Shown here piece by piece: positions 63,587 through 64,000 of a stretch of 64,000 nucleotides of DNA (positions are counted from its first letter, which is position 1; each line of letters begins with the position of its first letter). This DNA comes from an uncultured cyanobacterium (lineage in GTDB: Bacteria > Cyanobacteriota > Cyanobacteriia > Cyanobacteriales > Nostocaceae): assembly GCA_963706595.1 (NCBI GenBank), contig OY970166.1, positions 1,088,001 to 1,152,000 on the forward strand, in the 5' to 3' direction. A program made the translations under genes and the position numbers. The notes under the pieces were generated by a model that searched no databases, was not told the DNA's origin, and was given only the letters and a program-made list of their open reading frames with translations.

Positions 63587-64000
63587 TTACTGGTTATACC
63601 AAGCTTGTCGCCACTGCTTCATTTGGTTAATTTCCGTTTCTTGCGCCTTGATAATTTCTTGAGCCAATTTCTTCATTTCCGGGCGCTGAGACTTCTCCAA
63701 AGCATCTTGAGCCATAACTAAAGCCCCTTCATGGTGAGGAATCATCCCATTAATAAAGCGCAAATCAAACTCAGCATCAGCCGCACCCAAATCCATGCTC
63801 ATCATCATGGCTTGCTTTTGCTCAGGAGTCATCTCCATCGCATGACCCATTTCGGCATGATAAGCCATTGCTTTATCCCCAGCATTAGGATACCAAGCTG
63901 AACGCCACTGCTGCATCTGAGCAATTTCCTGATTTTGGGCTTTAATGATTTCGTCTGCTAGCTCCTTAATTTCAGGACGTTGTGATTTTTCCTGTGCATC
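63587..64000 (-). CDS. DUF305 / CopM-like metal-binding protein (5' end outside the window)
   Basis: FDLRFINGMIPHHEGA..MA..AL.KS.RPE...LA.EIIKAQ..EI.QM..W; frame stays open to the window edge with a repeat of the same motif. Confidence 0.9.
   Translation of the reverse strand, partial: DAQEKSQRPEIKELADEIIKAQNQEIAQMQQWRSAWYPNAGDKAMAYHAEMGHAMEMTPEQKQAMMMSMDLGAADAEFDLRFINGMIPHHEGALVMAQDALEKSQRPEMKKLAQEIIKAQETEINQMKQWRQAWYNQ

Overview
Chromosomal window from a filamentous Nostocales-type cyanobacterium, inferred from abundant HIP1 GCGATCGC sites, heptamer STRR-type tandem repeats and gene content. It contains housekeeping genes (ispD, scpB, ispG, a C-terminal protease, ilvN and a frameshifted infC), an ion-homeostasis block (MFS/HEAT protein, TrkA, two CPA1 antiporters), a large signalling block with a DXCF cyanobacteriochrome kinase, and a DUF305/RND/RppAB-type metal efflux operon running off the right end. 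Intergenic DNA is packed with nested MITE/REP/SDR-like repeats. The most interesting parts are: (1) a C39-peptidase type I secretion locus (ABC exporter, HlyD, PPIase) followed by three small unannotated double-glycine-leader precursors with a shared leader, unrelated cores and no modifying enzymes nearby; (2) an AT-rich, HIP1-free island bracketed by HIP1 sites that encodes an unknown secreted protein, a Trypco1-like protein and a trypsin-STAND-WD40 protein, a candidate NLR-like defence module; (3) a 206-bp transposase-less IS200/IS605 element that keeps both ends and an omegaRNA-like scaffold; (4) a diverged duplicate of a gene 3' end that starts at a HIP1 site and brackets a VOC gene. No rRNA, tRNA or CRISPR array was seen. 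All calls come from reading the sequence by eye; no searches were run.
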